Both the position numbers and the translations under genes were made by a program. Source: an uncultured Gemmataceae bacterium (GTDB lineage: Bacteria > Planctomycetota > Planctomycetia > Gemmatales > Gemmataceae). From it: a stretch of 64,000 nucleotides of DNA. Each line of letters starts with the position of its first letter. The first letter of the stretch is position 1. Shown one piece after another: positions 18,337-31,196 of this stretch. The notes beneath the pieces were generated by a model. It worked only from the letters and a program-made list of their open reading frames with translations, was not told the DNA's origin and made no database searches. The DNA is taken from NCBI GenBank assembly GCA_963747575.1, contig CAVVFU010000003.1, positions 269,557 through 333,556 of the forward strand. Reading direction: 5' to 3'.

Positions 18337-19431
18337 TCAGCCTGTGTCCGTTTTCACTTCGGCGGAAAGGGCATCGCGTTGTTTTTGCAAAGCAGCTATG
18401 TCGGCTCGCAAGCCGCTGACAATTTTTGCATGTCCTGCATCGCGCCAGGTGCCAATCAAACGCTCTTGATCCGTTCTGTTTGCCTCTTTTACTTGCGTCG
18501 TAGGCCGTAGCGAGTTGTTCTTGGCGGGTCCAACATCATTCCCCGTGTTCAGCGCAGGCGCGTATTGCACATAGCCGCTACCCAGGCCGAGTCCGCAAAC
18601 CGTCAAGAAAATCGCCGTCACGCATTTGAGCTTGGTCAACAACATGGTTTTCAACATCCTCTCCGCAAGCACTGTGGCCCGGGTTGACAGCACCGCCGCA
18701 CAGGCCGCCTTTCCGCTGGCAGCCAAAGCGACTGCTTTGATCGTGCCAGAAAGCACTGCGGTGGGCACGTTCGCCGACGCCGTGCTTTTTGTCAGCAGCA
18801 TCGCCAATGAAGCGGCCGACACCGGCAAGCCGTGGCGGGCGAGCCGTTTGGCCAGCAAGGCCCTGGCCCGCGCTAGCCGGGCGGAGAGCGTCCCCTGCGG
18901 GCAGTTCAGTTGGCGAGCGGCTTGCTTATGGGTCTTGCCCTCCAGATCGCAAAGGACGATGGCCGCTCTATAGATTTCAGGCAACCGCTGCAGCTCGGCA
19001 TCCAAAAGCGGCTGCAAATCGCGCCAAACGTCTTCCTCGACTTGAGGCTCGGGCATGTCCGCAACCTGCCTTTCTCTCGCGCTTTTCCGGGCGGCCGTGG
19101 CACTGGCTTTGCGGGCCGTGTGATAGGCCACGCCGTGCAGCCAGTTGGCGACCATTTCACGCGGCATGATCGATGCCGCCTTGCGAAATAGGATAAGAAA
19201 GGTGGCCTGGAACGCGTCCTCGGCGTCGTGGTGCCGGCGCAACAGTCGCCGGCACACGCCCCAGACCATAGGGCCATGGCGGCGCACCAACGCTTCAAAA
19301 GCCGCCGGTTCGCGACGGCTGAGGTAATAGTCGAGCAGCTGCCCGTCGGTCAAGCCGCCCCCATCGCGCAGCAGTGCTCCGCGCCGGAGCTGTTCGACGA
19401 GCTTTGACAAAGGACTTGTTGCCATGGCCAT
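18337..19431 (-). CDS. ECF RNA polymerase sigma factor fused to a C-terminal membrane-anchored extension
   Basis: Sigma70 region 2 ([30 protein letters not shown]) and region 4 ([26 protein letters not shown]), then hydrophobic helix ([14 protein letters not shown]) and tail starting RLIGTW (TIGR03067-like start). Confidence 0.7.
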   Translation of the reverse strand: MAMATSPLSKLVEQLRRGALLRDGGGLTDGQLLDYYLSRREPAAFEALVRRHGPMVWGVCRRLLRRHHDAEDAFQATFLILFRKAASIMPREMVANWLHGVAYHTARKASATAARKSARERQVADMPEPQVEEDVWRDLQPLLDAELQRLPEIYRAAIVLCDLEGKTHKQAARQLNCPQGTLSARLARARALLAKRLARHGLPVSAASLAMLLTKSTASANVPTAVLSGTIKAVALAASGKAACAAVLSTRATVLAERMLKTMLLTKLKCVTAIFLTVCGLGLGSGYVQYAPALNTGNDVGPAKNNSLRPTTQVKEANRTDQERLIGTWRDAGHAKIVSGLRADIAALQKQRDALSAEVKTDTG

Positions 19432-19494
19432 TGCCCTTGAGTGGGTGATGCAAGCCTCCACATACAATTGCCTGGCCAACGGCAATTTCTTGCA

Positions 19495-21093
19495 TCAAAA
19501 TGAGGACAAAGCTGCCATCCCTATGCAATCTGCTCCCTCGGCGGCGGCTCCGTCGGCCGGATTCGATCCCCGTGCGCTGGCGCATGGCGATGCGGTTGAT
19601 GACCTGCAGAAACGCCAGGGCGCTGGCCTCGATGATGTCGGTGCTCGCCGCCGGCCTCGGAAGGTCTTGCCGTTGTACTCGACCTCGACGTGGGCCTCGC
19701 CCTGGGCGTCCTCGCCGATCGTGACGCTGCGCACCAGATAGTCGCGCACCTCGACGTCGATGCCGGTGATCCGCTCGATGGTCTTGAAGACGGCGTCGAC
19801 CGGGCCATCGCCGATGGCTGGCTTCGCGGTGGATCGTGCCGTCGTTGTGCCAGAGACAGACGGCCGCCGAGGGAATCGTGCCCGAGCCGGCGTTGCAGGT
19901 GACGGCCTCCAGCGTCCACATGGCCGGGCCGCTGTGGATCTGGTCCTCGGCCAGGGCTTCGATGTCGGCGTCGTAGATCGTCTTCTTGCGATCGGCCAGC
20001 GCCTTGAAGCCTCGAAGACGCGTCTGCAGCTGCTCGTCGTCGAGGTGATAGCCCAGCTCGCGGATGCGCTGCCGCAGGGCGTGCCGGCCGCTGTGCTTGC
20101 CCAGCACCAGCTCGGTCTGCTGCAGGCCGACGTCCTCGGGCTGCATGATTTCGTAGGTCGTGCGTTCCTTGAGCATGCCGTCCTGATGGATGCCGGCTTC
20201 GTGGGCGAAGGCGTTCTGGCCGACGATGGCCTTGTTGCGCTGCACCTGCATGCCGGTGATGTGCGACACCAGCCGGCTGGTCGGGCAGAGCCGCTGGGTG
20301 TTGATGCTCGTGGTGCAGGTTGAAGTAATCGGCGCGGGTCCTGCAGGGCCATGACGATTTCTTCCAGGGCGCAGTTGCCGGCCCGCTCGCCGATGCCGTT
20401 GATGGTGCACTCGACCTGGCGGGCCCCTTCTTGCACGGCGGCCAGGCTGTTGGCCACGGCCAGGCCCAGGTCGTTGTGGCAGTGGACGCTGATGACGGCC
20501 TTGTCGATGTTGCGGCACGTTCTTCTTGAGATGGCGAATGGCCGCCGCGTACTGCTCCGGCATGGCGTAGCCGACCGTGTCGGGAATGTTGACCGTGGTG
20601 GCGCCGGCCTCGATGGCGCGCTCGACGACCTCGGCGAGGAAATCGAGCTCGGTGCGGGCGGCGTCCTCGGGCGAGAACTCGACGTCGTCGACAATAGTCC
20701 TTGGCCCGCTTGACGCCCTCGACGGCCCGGCGGATGATCTCCTCCTTGGTCCATGTTGAGCTTGAACTCGCGATGGATGGCGCTGGTGGCCAGGAAGACG
20801 TGGATGCGCGGCCGGTCGGCGTCCTTCGAGCGCCTCCCCGGCGCGGTCGATGTCGTCGGCGTTGCAGCGGGCCAGGCCGCAGATGACCGGGCCGTGCGAC
20901 CTCGCGGGCGATGGCCTGCACCGCCTCGAAATCGCCCGGCGAGGCGATGGGGAAGCCGGCCTCGATGACGTCGACGCCAAGGTCCTTGAGCGCGTGGGCG
21001 ATCTCCAGCTTCTCGGCGCAGGTTCATGCTGGCGCCGGGCGATTGCTCGCCGTCGCGGAGCGTGGTGTCGAAGATGATCAGGCGGTCGTCCAT
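19495..21093 (-). CDS. leuA: 2-isopropylmalate synthase, coding sequence spread over three reading frames
   Basis: [23 protein letters not shown]; [30 protein letters not shown]; LeuA C-terminal regulatory domain ([21 protein letters not shown]); conserved segments alternate between ORFs 19495..21093, 19521..20921 and 19295..20980. Confidence 0.8.
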   Translation of the reverse strand: MDDRLIIFDTTLRDGEQSPGASMNLRREAGDRPRAQGPWRRRHRGRLPHRLAGRFRGGAGHRPRGRTARSSAAWPAATPTTSTAPGRRSKDADRPRIHVFLATSAIHREFKLNMDQGGDHPPGRRGRQAGQGLLSTTSSSRPRTPPAPSSISSPRSSSAPSRPAPPRSTFPTRSATPCRSSTRRPFAISRRTCRNIDKAVISVHCHNDLGLAVANSLAAVQEGARQVECTINGIGERAGNCALEEIVMALQDPRRLLQPAPRASTPSGSARPAGWCRTSPACRCSATRPSSARTPSPTKPASIRTACSRNARPTKSCSPRTSACSRPSWCWASTAAGTPCGSASASWAITSTTSSCRRVFEASRRWPIARRRSTTPTSKPWPRTRSTAARPCGRWRPSPATPARARFPRRPSVSGTTTARSTAKPAIGDGPVDAVFKTIERITGIDVEVRDYLVRSVTIGEDAQGEAHVEVEYNGKTFRGRRRAPTSSRPAPWRFCRSSTASPCASARGSNPADGAAAEGADCIGMAALSSF

Positions 21094-21126
21094 CGGCGGA
21101 TCCTTTCGCCTGGCAACACCGTTAAC

Positions 21127-21156
21127 GAAAAAACCCCGGCACTAAGTTCCGGGGTT
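21127..21156 (-). terminator. GC hairpin AACCCCGG-N9-CCGGGGTT followed on the minus strand by a U6 run, ~35 nt upstream of the leuA start
   Basis: Minus-strand RNA ..AACCCCGGAACUUAGUGCCGGGGUUUUUUCG..AAAGGA..AUG; could terminate the upstream DUF2617 gene or act as a leuA leader attenuator. Confidence 0.4.
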
Positions 21157-21275
21157 CGTTGTCAGCTGCCAGCGTGTTAGGCTTGTCGCTTCATGTACCC
21201 GGAACACCACTCCCCGGAAGGGGGAACGTTAGACCCAGGATAAGGAAGTCGACCAAATACATGGCTTTTCTCACA

Positions 21276-21340
21276 TAGTAGTAGGCACAGTCCGTGTGCC
21301 GTTTGCGAAAACAACGGCACACGGACTGTGCCTACTACTA
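21276..21340. repeat. inverted pair of TAGTAGGCACAGTCCGTGTGCC units (same family as the 13505 tandem array) separated by 15 bp
   Basis: tagtagtaggcacagtccgtgtgcc gtttgcgaaaacaac ggcacacggactgtgcctactacta; intergenic. Confidence 0.6.
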
Positions 21341-21390
21341 TGAGCATGGTAAACGACGTTTTTCGGCTTGGCAAGGTTAATCCGGTGAAT

Positions 21391-21984
21391 TCACGAGACT
21401 TTCTCGATGAGCGATTGCGATTTCACCACGGTGTGCTCATCGGGAAAGGTGTGAAACGTGGAAATAAACAGGCAGCCCGCGCGGGACTCGATGGCGATCA
21501 TGCCCAGCGGGGCGACGATGAGGCGATGATCGGCCTGGAAGTTATGCAAGAGGCCCCACTTCTCGCCGTCGTTCAGGATTTCATCGTGGACTTGCAGGAA
21601 TATCTCCGGGGACAGCATCTCGACCTGGAACGTCGTCTGGTATTTGATGCCGTGGGCACAAAGCAGGGCGCCGCTGTGCTCTCCACGAAGGCGGTAGCTG
21701 AGCAGCCGGCGTTTCTCGGGCAGTTCCTGGTCGGCGGCGGCGGCGACTTCGGTGAGCAGGACATCTTCATTTTCCCAGGTGATGACGTGGCCGGTCCGCG
21801 TAATGCGCAGCGTCAATTCGTAGTCTTCCCGCTGCACCTTGCACCAGGTGAGGATATCGAACAACTCGGGGTGCAGTGGTCTTCCATAAAGCTGGAAGAT
21901 CAGGTCGCCAACCCGAGGTCGGACAATCTCAACACTCATGACACGCCATCCGCGCCTCTTCCAGGGAAAGGGCTTCAAACACAA
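21391..21984 (-). CDS. DUF2617-like hypothetical protein
   Basis: MSVEIVRPRVGDLIFQLYGRPLHPELF N-terminus resembles DUF2617; opposite-strand ORF 21328..22131 is low-complexity and judged antisense. Confidence 0.5.
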   Translation of the reverse strand: MCLKPFPWKRRGWRVMSVEIVRPRVGDLIFQLYGRPLHPELFDILTWCKVQREDYELTLRITRTGHVITWENEDVLLTEVAAAADQELPEKRRLLSYRLRGEHSGALLCAHGIKYQTTFQVEMLSPEIFLQVHDEILNDGEKWGLLHNFQADHRLIVAPLGMIAIESRAGCLFISTFHTFPDEHTVVKSQSLIEKVS

Positions 21985-22040
21985 TGCTTCGATTATAGGC
22001 GTGTGCGTTGTCGATCACAATGCAAAAAGACCGCATGGTT

Positions 22041-22130
22041 CAAAAAGGGGTCAGGCACCTTTTGCCGGGCTCGCCCCGCTATTTCGAATGCGGAGGGTGC
22101 TTCGCACAAAAGGTGCCTGACCCCTTTTTG
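22041..22130. repeat. structured palindromic element (arms AAAAAGGGGTCAGGCACC / GGTGCCTGACCCCTTTTT, core containing GGGTGCTTCGCAC)
   Basis: Long inverted repeat with A/T-run flanks; related copies at 51158..51245, 56434..56510, 33484..33591. Confidence 0.6.
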
Positions 22131-22207
22131 AACCATGCCGCTGGAAACGAGATTGGGAAGGCTGTGACGATTTGGGAATCGCGTGCGGCCCATGAAAACG
22201 GCGCTGG

Positions 22208-23068
22208 CTACGCGCTTTGCGCCATTGGCCTGATTCTCCCAAATTGCCCATTTACCTCGCTCTCGGCAGCTGGCGAGGGCGCAAGCCGCAGCCAAACCTG
22301 CTCCAAATTGCCGGCGACCAGGTCCCAATCCGGCTGACGACTCGCCCAACCGCACTCGATGATGTCTACGTTCGGCGCCCCGAAGGCGTACTGAACAAGG
22401 GCTCCATCGTCGGGATGCAAGGCGACCGTCGTCAAGGCACTGGTGAACACGCATCGTTCCATACTCAAATACCTGCGCAGTTGCTTGGCCAGGTGCCAGC
22501 GTTGCACCAATTTCGTTTCGAGATCGAACCGGCTTTTTTGCAGGCGCGACTCGAGTTGATGGGCCATCGCCAACCAACGAATGCCGGGCAGTTTCCGCAG
22601 TGCCTTGGCGCAAAACGCCGACTCGCATTGCCACAAATCGACCGGATTCTGCGCGGCATGCTGACGCAAGGCTTGCCGGAATGCTCTGCCGCGGACATTC
22701 GGCTCGGTCCACGGTTGCAAGGAAAACAGGTTGGCCGCCAGGCGGGCATATAGGCCGATGCCGGATTGCGGTGGGGCCGCGCCATGGACGAGCACGGTGC
22801 GAATCCCCTGACTAAGGAGGTAAAGCTGAGCCCGCAAGGATTCGTTGCGGTCGTTGCTGGGCGGGCAGATGAGGGTGATGCGATGGCGCTTGGCCAAACG
22901 CAACGCCAGGTTGAGCGTTTGCGTCTGCTTGGGCGATCGGGCCGGATAGGGCGGCGCCTCGTCGACAAGCACGACGTCCAGCGGCCGCGCCGCGTTGTTG
23001 CCGGCGGCGGCTTGACCGGGAACGACGGAATCGGTCAGGATTGGAGTGGTGTTCACGATGGCCTCCAT
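22208..23068 (-). CDS. hypothetical protein, weak glycosyltransferase-family-4 N-terminal-domain-like
   Basis: VVLVDEAPPYPARSPKQTQTLNLALRLAKRHRITLI loosely resembles GT4 N-domain; no clear catalytic C-domain. Confidence 0.35.
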   Translation of the reverse strand: MEAIVNTTPILTDSVVPGQAAAGNNAARPLDVVLVDEAPPYPARSPKQTQTLNLALRLAKRHRITLICPPSNDRNESLRAQLYLLSQGIRTVLVHGAAPPQSGIGLYARLAANLFSLQPWTEPNVRGRAFRQALRQHAAQNPVDLWQCESAFCAKALRKLPGIRWLAMAHQLESRLQKSRFDLETKLVQRWHLAKQLRRYLSMERCVFTSALTTVALHPDDGALVQYAFGAPNVDIIECGWASRQPDWDLVAGNLEQVWLRLAPSPAAESEVNGQFGRIRPMAQSA

Positions 23069-23257
23069 GCATGACAACGAGCTTGTAGCACAGGCTTCCA
23101 GCCTTTGCCACGAAGGTGACAAGTGTACTGTCTCGCCGCTGGCGGTGTAAAGTGGAGTTGCGGACTCCTTGCCATCTGGGCGAAGGCGTGCCATAGTGAC
23201 AAGTGCGTATCGGCCGTTCCCGGCGTGAATTACGCAATAGTCAGGGAGGTCGCTGAG

Positions 23258-24019
23258 ATGTTACCGTTGATTCCTCCGCTGGCAGTTGACCAACCCAAGC
23301 GGGAGTCCGTGGATTGGGTCGATGACACTGAAAGCTCGCTTAATCCAGCCCCTATCGACATTTCGTCCATCAACCTTGGCCCCGCCATCCAGAAAGCTCG
23401 GCGACTGAATTTCTTTTTTTGCATTGTGTGTTTGCTTTCGTTGCTCATGGCCGGGGTATGCCTGTCCGTTTCGTGCTGTATCGCCGCCTTCACTCCACAG
23501 CCGAAAAACAAGGTAACTTACATTGGGCTGTGGGATCCCAATCTTGCGCCTCTCACCCCAGAAGAACAAGCAGCTCTTGACCGTCTTGACCGCGAAAATG
23601 CTAAAGTCGATGCAATGCGTGGATGTGGGGTATCATGTTCGCTGGCCATGTTGGGATTCGTTGTGCTCGGACTTTCGTACCCGTTGTTTCATGCGCGCCT
23701 GCGCCAACCGCCAAGGGCGATACCATTACCGAGGGGCGGGTTATGCAATTGCCACGCCCGCCCTTTTGTTTGTGCGGACCGGATTCGGCCTGAGCTTGCG
23801 GTGGTTGATCACCTTGCTCCTAATCTGACAGCCCTTAGCTCACCAGCGGAAACCCCTTCTCGCGCCAGCCGCGAATGCCGCCGTCCATCGACCAGATATT
23901 CGTGTAACCCATTTTCTGCAGATTATCCGCCGCCAGCGCCGAGCGAAAGCCGCCGCCGCAGTAGAGCACGATCAGGGCATCGAGCTGGGGAATCTGCTGC
24001 TCGACGTCGCGCTCGATGA
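23258..24019 (+). CDS. hypothetical membrane protein in an AT-rich patch (3' end uncertain)
   Basis: Two predicted TM helices (FFFCIVCLLSLLMAGVCLSV, SLAMLGFVVLGLSYPLF); base composition switches to GC-rich ~23830 where the ORF runs antisense into the rhodanese gene. Confidence 0.3.
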   Translation: MLPLIPPLAVDQPKRESVDWVDDTESSLNPAPIDISSINLGPAIQKARRLNFFFCIVCLLSLLMAGVCLSVSCCIAAFTPQPKNKVTYIGLWDPNLAPLTPEEQAALDRLDRENAKVDAMRGCGVSCSLAMLGFVVLGLSYPLFHARLRQPPRAIPLPRGGLCNCHARPFVCADRIRPELAVVDHLAPNLTALSSPAETPSRASRECRRPSTRYSCNPFSADYPPPAPSESRRRSRARSGHRAGESAARRRAR

Positions 24020-24206
24020 CGCCTTTGCCCATGTGGATCGCCTGCGGGAGATGGTCCTTCGCCCATTCGCTTTCTTCACGCACATCGACGAGATGAAACG
24101 TCTCCTTGCGGTCGAGCTTGGCCTTGACGTCGTCAATCGTCAGTTCGCGGACGCGCCGCTTGGTGTCGTGGCACAGTTGCTCAAAACGGGGGGAGTGCTT
24201 TGCCAT
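23835..24206 (-). CDS. single-domain rhodanese-like sulfurtransferase
   Basis: Rhodanese fold with active-site Cys loop VLYCGGGFRSA. Confidence 0.75.
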   Translation of the reverse strand: MAKHSPRFEQLCHDTKRRVRELTIDDVKAKLDRKETFHLVDVREESEWAKDHLPQAIHMGKGVIERDVEQQIPQLDALIVLYCGGGFRSALAADNLQKMGYTNIWSMDGGIRGWREKGFPLVS

Positions 24207-24346
24207 TTTTCGGGACTCCGTACATTCTCTTTAGCTGTTGTTGAGTCTTTTGTTGATTGTGGTGCGATCATTGTATGTATGAACCGAGCGTGAAGCCGCA
24301 AGCGGCCGAGCGCGAAGCCGCAAGCGGCTCGTGAGGAAGGTGAACC

Positions 24347-25651
<1,305 letters not shown>

Positions 25652-25657
<6 letters not shown>

Positions 25658-27166
25658 CATCGCCTGCACGACTCCGTCCATGGTGTAGGTTGCCGCTTCC
25701 GCTCCCACGGGCCAACCGAGTTCGCGGATTGCAGCGCTGGTCACCGGGCTGATGCTGACAATTCGCGGCCGTCCGGACCGCATCCGATCCAGGCACGCAT
25801 CATCCAGCAAACGCGCCAACGCCTTGGCGATATTGGAGCTGGTCAGCACCACGTCGTCAACTTCTCCTCGCCGCAGACGCTCCAGAACATGGGCGTCGTG
25901 TTCCACCGCGTCCACCTGGGAATAAACCCCCACCTGTTGCACATCGGCCACAGCACTCAACTCGTCGCGCAAAAGCTCACGCCCTCGATCCGCGCGTGCC
26001 AGCAAAACTCGTTTACCAACGACGTGCGGTTTCAAGGCCGCGGCCAGGCTTTCACTGCGATACTCATCCGGGACCAGGTCGGGGTTGAGATGATAGCCGC
26101 GCAGCGCCGCGGCAGTGCTCGGCCCGATCGCAGCCAGTCGCAGGTGGCCCAGCGCACGCAGATCGCGGCCGCATAGGGGCAGACGACCGAGGAACGAATG
26201 AACGCCGTTGACGCTGGTGAATACCAACCAGTGATAGTCCCCCAGTCGCTCGATGACGGCATCCACCGGCGCCCAATCCAACGGCGGGCCAATCTCGACC
26301 ACCGGGAGCAACAGCGGCACGGCGCCCAACTCTTCGAGTCGCCCCGCCAGCTCGGCGGCCTGACCGCGCGGCCGGCATAACAAGATACGCCGGCCGCGCA
26401 ACGGCAAGCTGTCAAACCACGCCAAATCCTGACGCAGCGCGACGACGGGGCCGATCAGCACCAACGCCGGCGAGGTCAGCCCTGCCGCCTTGACTGCATC
26501 GGCAATGCCGCCGAGCGTGCCCGTGATGGTGCGTTGCTCGGGCGTGGTGCCGGCATGGATGGCCGCGGCGGGAGTGTCGCCGGCTTTGCCGTGGCCGATC
26601 AGCGTCTGGGCAATCGCCGCCAGGCGGGCCATGCCCATGTAAATCGCCAGGGTGCCGGGGAAACTCGCAAGAGCTTTCCAGTCGACGTGCTCCTCGCCCT
26701 TGTCCGGATTTTCGTGGCCGGTGACGAATGCCACGCCGCTGGCGAAAGTGCGATGCGTCAGGGGAATGCCTGCAAAAGCGGCAGCGCCAGGCGCGGCGGT
26801 CACGCCCGGCACCACTTCAAAGGGAATGCCGGCGTCATGCAAGGCCTGGGCCTCCTCGCCGCCCCGGCCGAACATGAACGGATCGCCGCCCTTGAGACGC
26901 ACCACGCATTGGCCCCGGCGGGCGGCCTCGATCAGCTTCTCCTGGATAAAGCTGTAGCGCTCGACATGGCATGGGCCAAGCTCGGTGACGCAAATGCGCT
27001 CGGCGTGGGCTGGGGCAAAGTCGAGCATGCGCACCGGCACCAGGCGGTCATAAACCACCACGTCGGCTCGGCGGAGGCATTCGACGGCACGCAGCGTCAG
27101 CAGGCCAGGATGACCGGGGCCGGCGCCGACCAGGAAAACGCGAGGTAATTCCATAGCAGTAGGCAC
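25652..27166 (-). CDS. cobA-hemD: bifunctional uroporphyrinogen-III C-methyltransferase / uroporphyrinogen-III synthase
   Basis: N-terminal SUMT ([28 protein letters not shown]), C-terminal HemD-like domain. Confidence 0.85.
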
Positions 27167-27396
27167 ACTCCGGGCTTTGATGCGAAATACCCGTGAAACG
27201 CTGAATTACGTCTCAGGCGGTGGTATTTCGTATCAGGGCGAAAATGGCGTCGGGCCGACACGGTTTCGTCACCGGCATTGTACTTGACAAGGAGGCAACG
27301 GACACGACAATGTTGGCATGAGTAGGGACTCAAAAATAGCCCTGGCCTTGTTAATCGTCGGGTGGCTTTTGGTGTGGGACAAAAGGAGGGATTTCA

Positions 27397-27897
27397 ATGA
27401 GCATTCTGGTTCAGCGTTATTTCAAGCGTTCTCGTGCAGTCGTGGATCTGGCAGAGGAATGGAAAATTCACCACGAATACGCGATGCTTGTTTTGGATCT
27501 CGAAGAGCTTATTTGCGAGTGTATCGAATTAGGAAAACTGGCCACGCATGTTTGGACCTCACTTGCTGATCTGCTTGTTACCGCGAAAATAACCGAAATC
27601 GACGAGGTTGGCGACAAATTTCGGATGGCAGTTGAGAGAACAAAAGAAGCGCTCGCGCTAGTCCAGCAAGGCGTCGTCAAGGCAAAAAAGGATTACAAAA
27701 TCGACAAAGCCGACGAACTCTTGGAGACCATGCATGCCATCGAAAGCATGTCGGAGGATTTTGAAAAAGTGTGGCCAAAAGCGAATGAGCAAATGGCGAA
27801 AGAGGCACTAGAGGACTATCAAAGGGGAGATTTCAAGGACTCCGGAGAGCTTCTCGCCAATGCGCAAGGCTATAGTTCCGAAAAGAATCTCAATTGA
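27397..27897 (+). CDS. hypothetical protein on a low-GC islet
   Basis: 166-aa acidic/helical ORF in an AT-rich ~700 bp segment flanked by copies of the GGCACAC..GTGTGCC repeat (27168..27182 half copy, 27905..27932 full copy). Confidence 0.5.
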   Translation: MSILVQRYFKRSRAVVDLAEEWKIHHEYAMLVLDLEELICECIELGKLATHVWTSLADLLVTAKITEIDEVGDKFRMAVERTKEALALVQQGVVKAKKDYKIDKADELLETMHAIESMSEDFEKVWPKANEQMAKEALEDYQRGDFKDSGELLANAQGYSSEKNLN

Positions 27898-27904
27898 AAC
27901 GCTA

Positions 27905-27932
27905 AACGGCACACGGAGTGTGCCTACTACTA
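27905..27932. repeat. single copy AAACGGCACACGGAGTGTGCCTACTACTA of the 33-bp repeat family, just downstream of ligA stop
   Basis: Identical palindrome to units at 13538..13633; partial inverted arm GTAGGCACACTCCG at 27168..27182 on the other side of the low-GC islet. Confidence 0.5.
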
Positions 27933-27937
27933 TGTGC

Positions 27938-30277
<2,340 letters not shown>

Positions 30278-30331
30278 GCGGGTTTACTTCTCATGATTTG
30301 CTCGAAGGACTCGGTGGGCGTAAGGCCACGC

Positions 30332-30589
30332 TCATCCCGCCTTGCGAAGCTTGGCGTCGAACTCCGTGGGATCGGCGATGCCGAAATCATCCAATTCCAT
30401 CCGGGCGGCCACCAAATGGTGCTCATAAACCTTATCGGTCTCCAGGAAAGCGGGCAGCATCACGATCGCGCCGGTCTTCTTGTGTTCGTAAATGCGGCCT
30501 GGCGGATCATTGTTGCCTGGACGGCAGGTAAAGCCCAGCGCCCGCAGGACGTTTTCCAGTTGCCCGTAAGTAACATTGGTCCTTTTCAT
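30332..30589 (-). CDS. small protein with HicA/YcfA-like (dsRBD-fold) sequence features, function unknown
   Basis: MKRTNVTYGQLENVLRALGFTCRPG..YEHKKTGAIVMLP resembles the HicA-type layout but lacks GSHxxF; start ATG overlaps the DUF4365 stop (ATGA). Confidence 0.45.
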   Translation of the reverse strand: MKRTNVTYGQLENVLRALGFTCRPGNNDPPGRIYEHKKTGAIVMLPAFLETDKVYEHHLVAARMELDDFGIADPTEFDAKLRKAG

Positions 30590-31098
30590 GTTTGCACTCC
30601 CAAACGGGGCCCTTGCATTTGGCCTCTCCATTCACGCATTCTCCTGATGGCCGATCGCGTCAGCGCCTGGTGCCCTGGCACGCGCACGCGTATGGTCTTT
30701 GCCCCTTTCTGGGGTTGGCGAGCCGCGTCCTCCTTAAAGTAACGTTGCACGGCTAGCCAGTAAGCCCTCCTGCGGGATGCGTCGAACAGAATCAGCACAA
30801 CCAGCATTTCTTCTTGTATCCACAGGTTATAATCGCGAATGTCCACGTCGAAAAGAAAGGCCGATCCAAAAGCTTGCAAGGATTCCGATGCTTTGAGCTG
30901 GAAATACACAACACCTGGTTCCGCGTAGCCTTCGTCGTCAAATGTGCGCATGATCAGGTCATAGCTGTAATCGGTGCTCAATCGCTGGGCAATATGGCCC
31001 TCGTCCAGAATAAATCGCTCAACGTGATGCACGCTGAGGTCCGCGATCACGTGTTGTCGCGTTCGCCGCTTTCGTGGTCCAAAAACCCCGTTGGCCAT
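30586..31098 (-). CDS. DUF4365-like protein (predicted PD-(D/E)xK restriction-endonuclease-like fold)
   Basis: HVIADLSVHHVERFIL..STDYSYDLIM..VYFQLKAS spacing fits E..D..(Q/E)xK nuclease-like motif; locally lower GC than neighbours. Confidence 0.5.
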   Translation of the reverse strand: MANGVFGPRKRRTRQHVIADLSVHHVERFILDEGHIAQRLSTDYSYDLIMRTFDDEGYAEPGVVYFQLKASESLQAFGSAFLFDVDIRDYNLWIQEEMLVVLILFDASRRRAYWLAVQRYFKEDAARQPQKGAKTIRVRVPGHQALTRSAIRRMREWRGQMQGPRLGVQT

Positions 31099-31196
31099 GA
31101 ATTATCCTGACGTGCAGGGTTCAAGGGACACTACGAGTTAAGTATATCCGAAATTGACTTTTTCAGCAGTGCGCTCGATCAGGTTGCCGCGCTGCC

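Noticed and set aside
21328-22131. 267-aa plus-strand ORF overlapping the DUF2617-like gene
   Set aside because: Low-complexity and runs through the palindromic repeat; the minus-strand ORF carries the conserved HPELF-type N-terminus.
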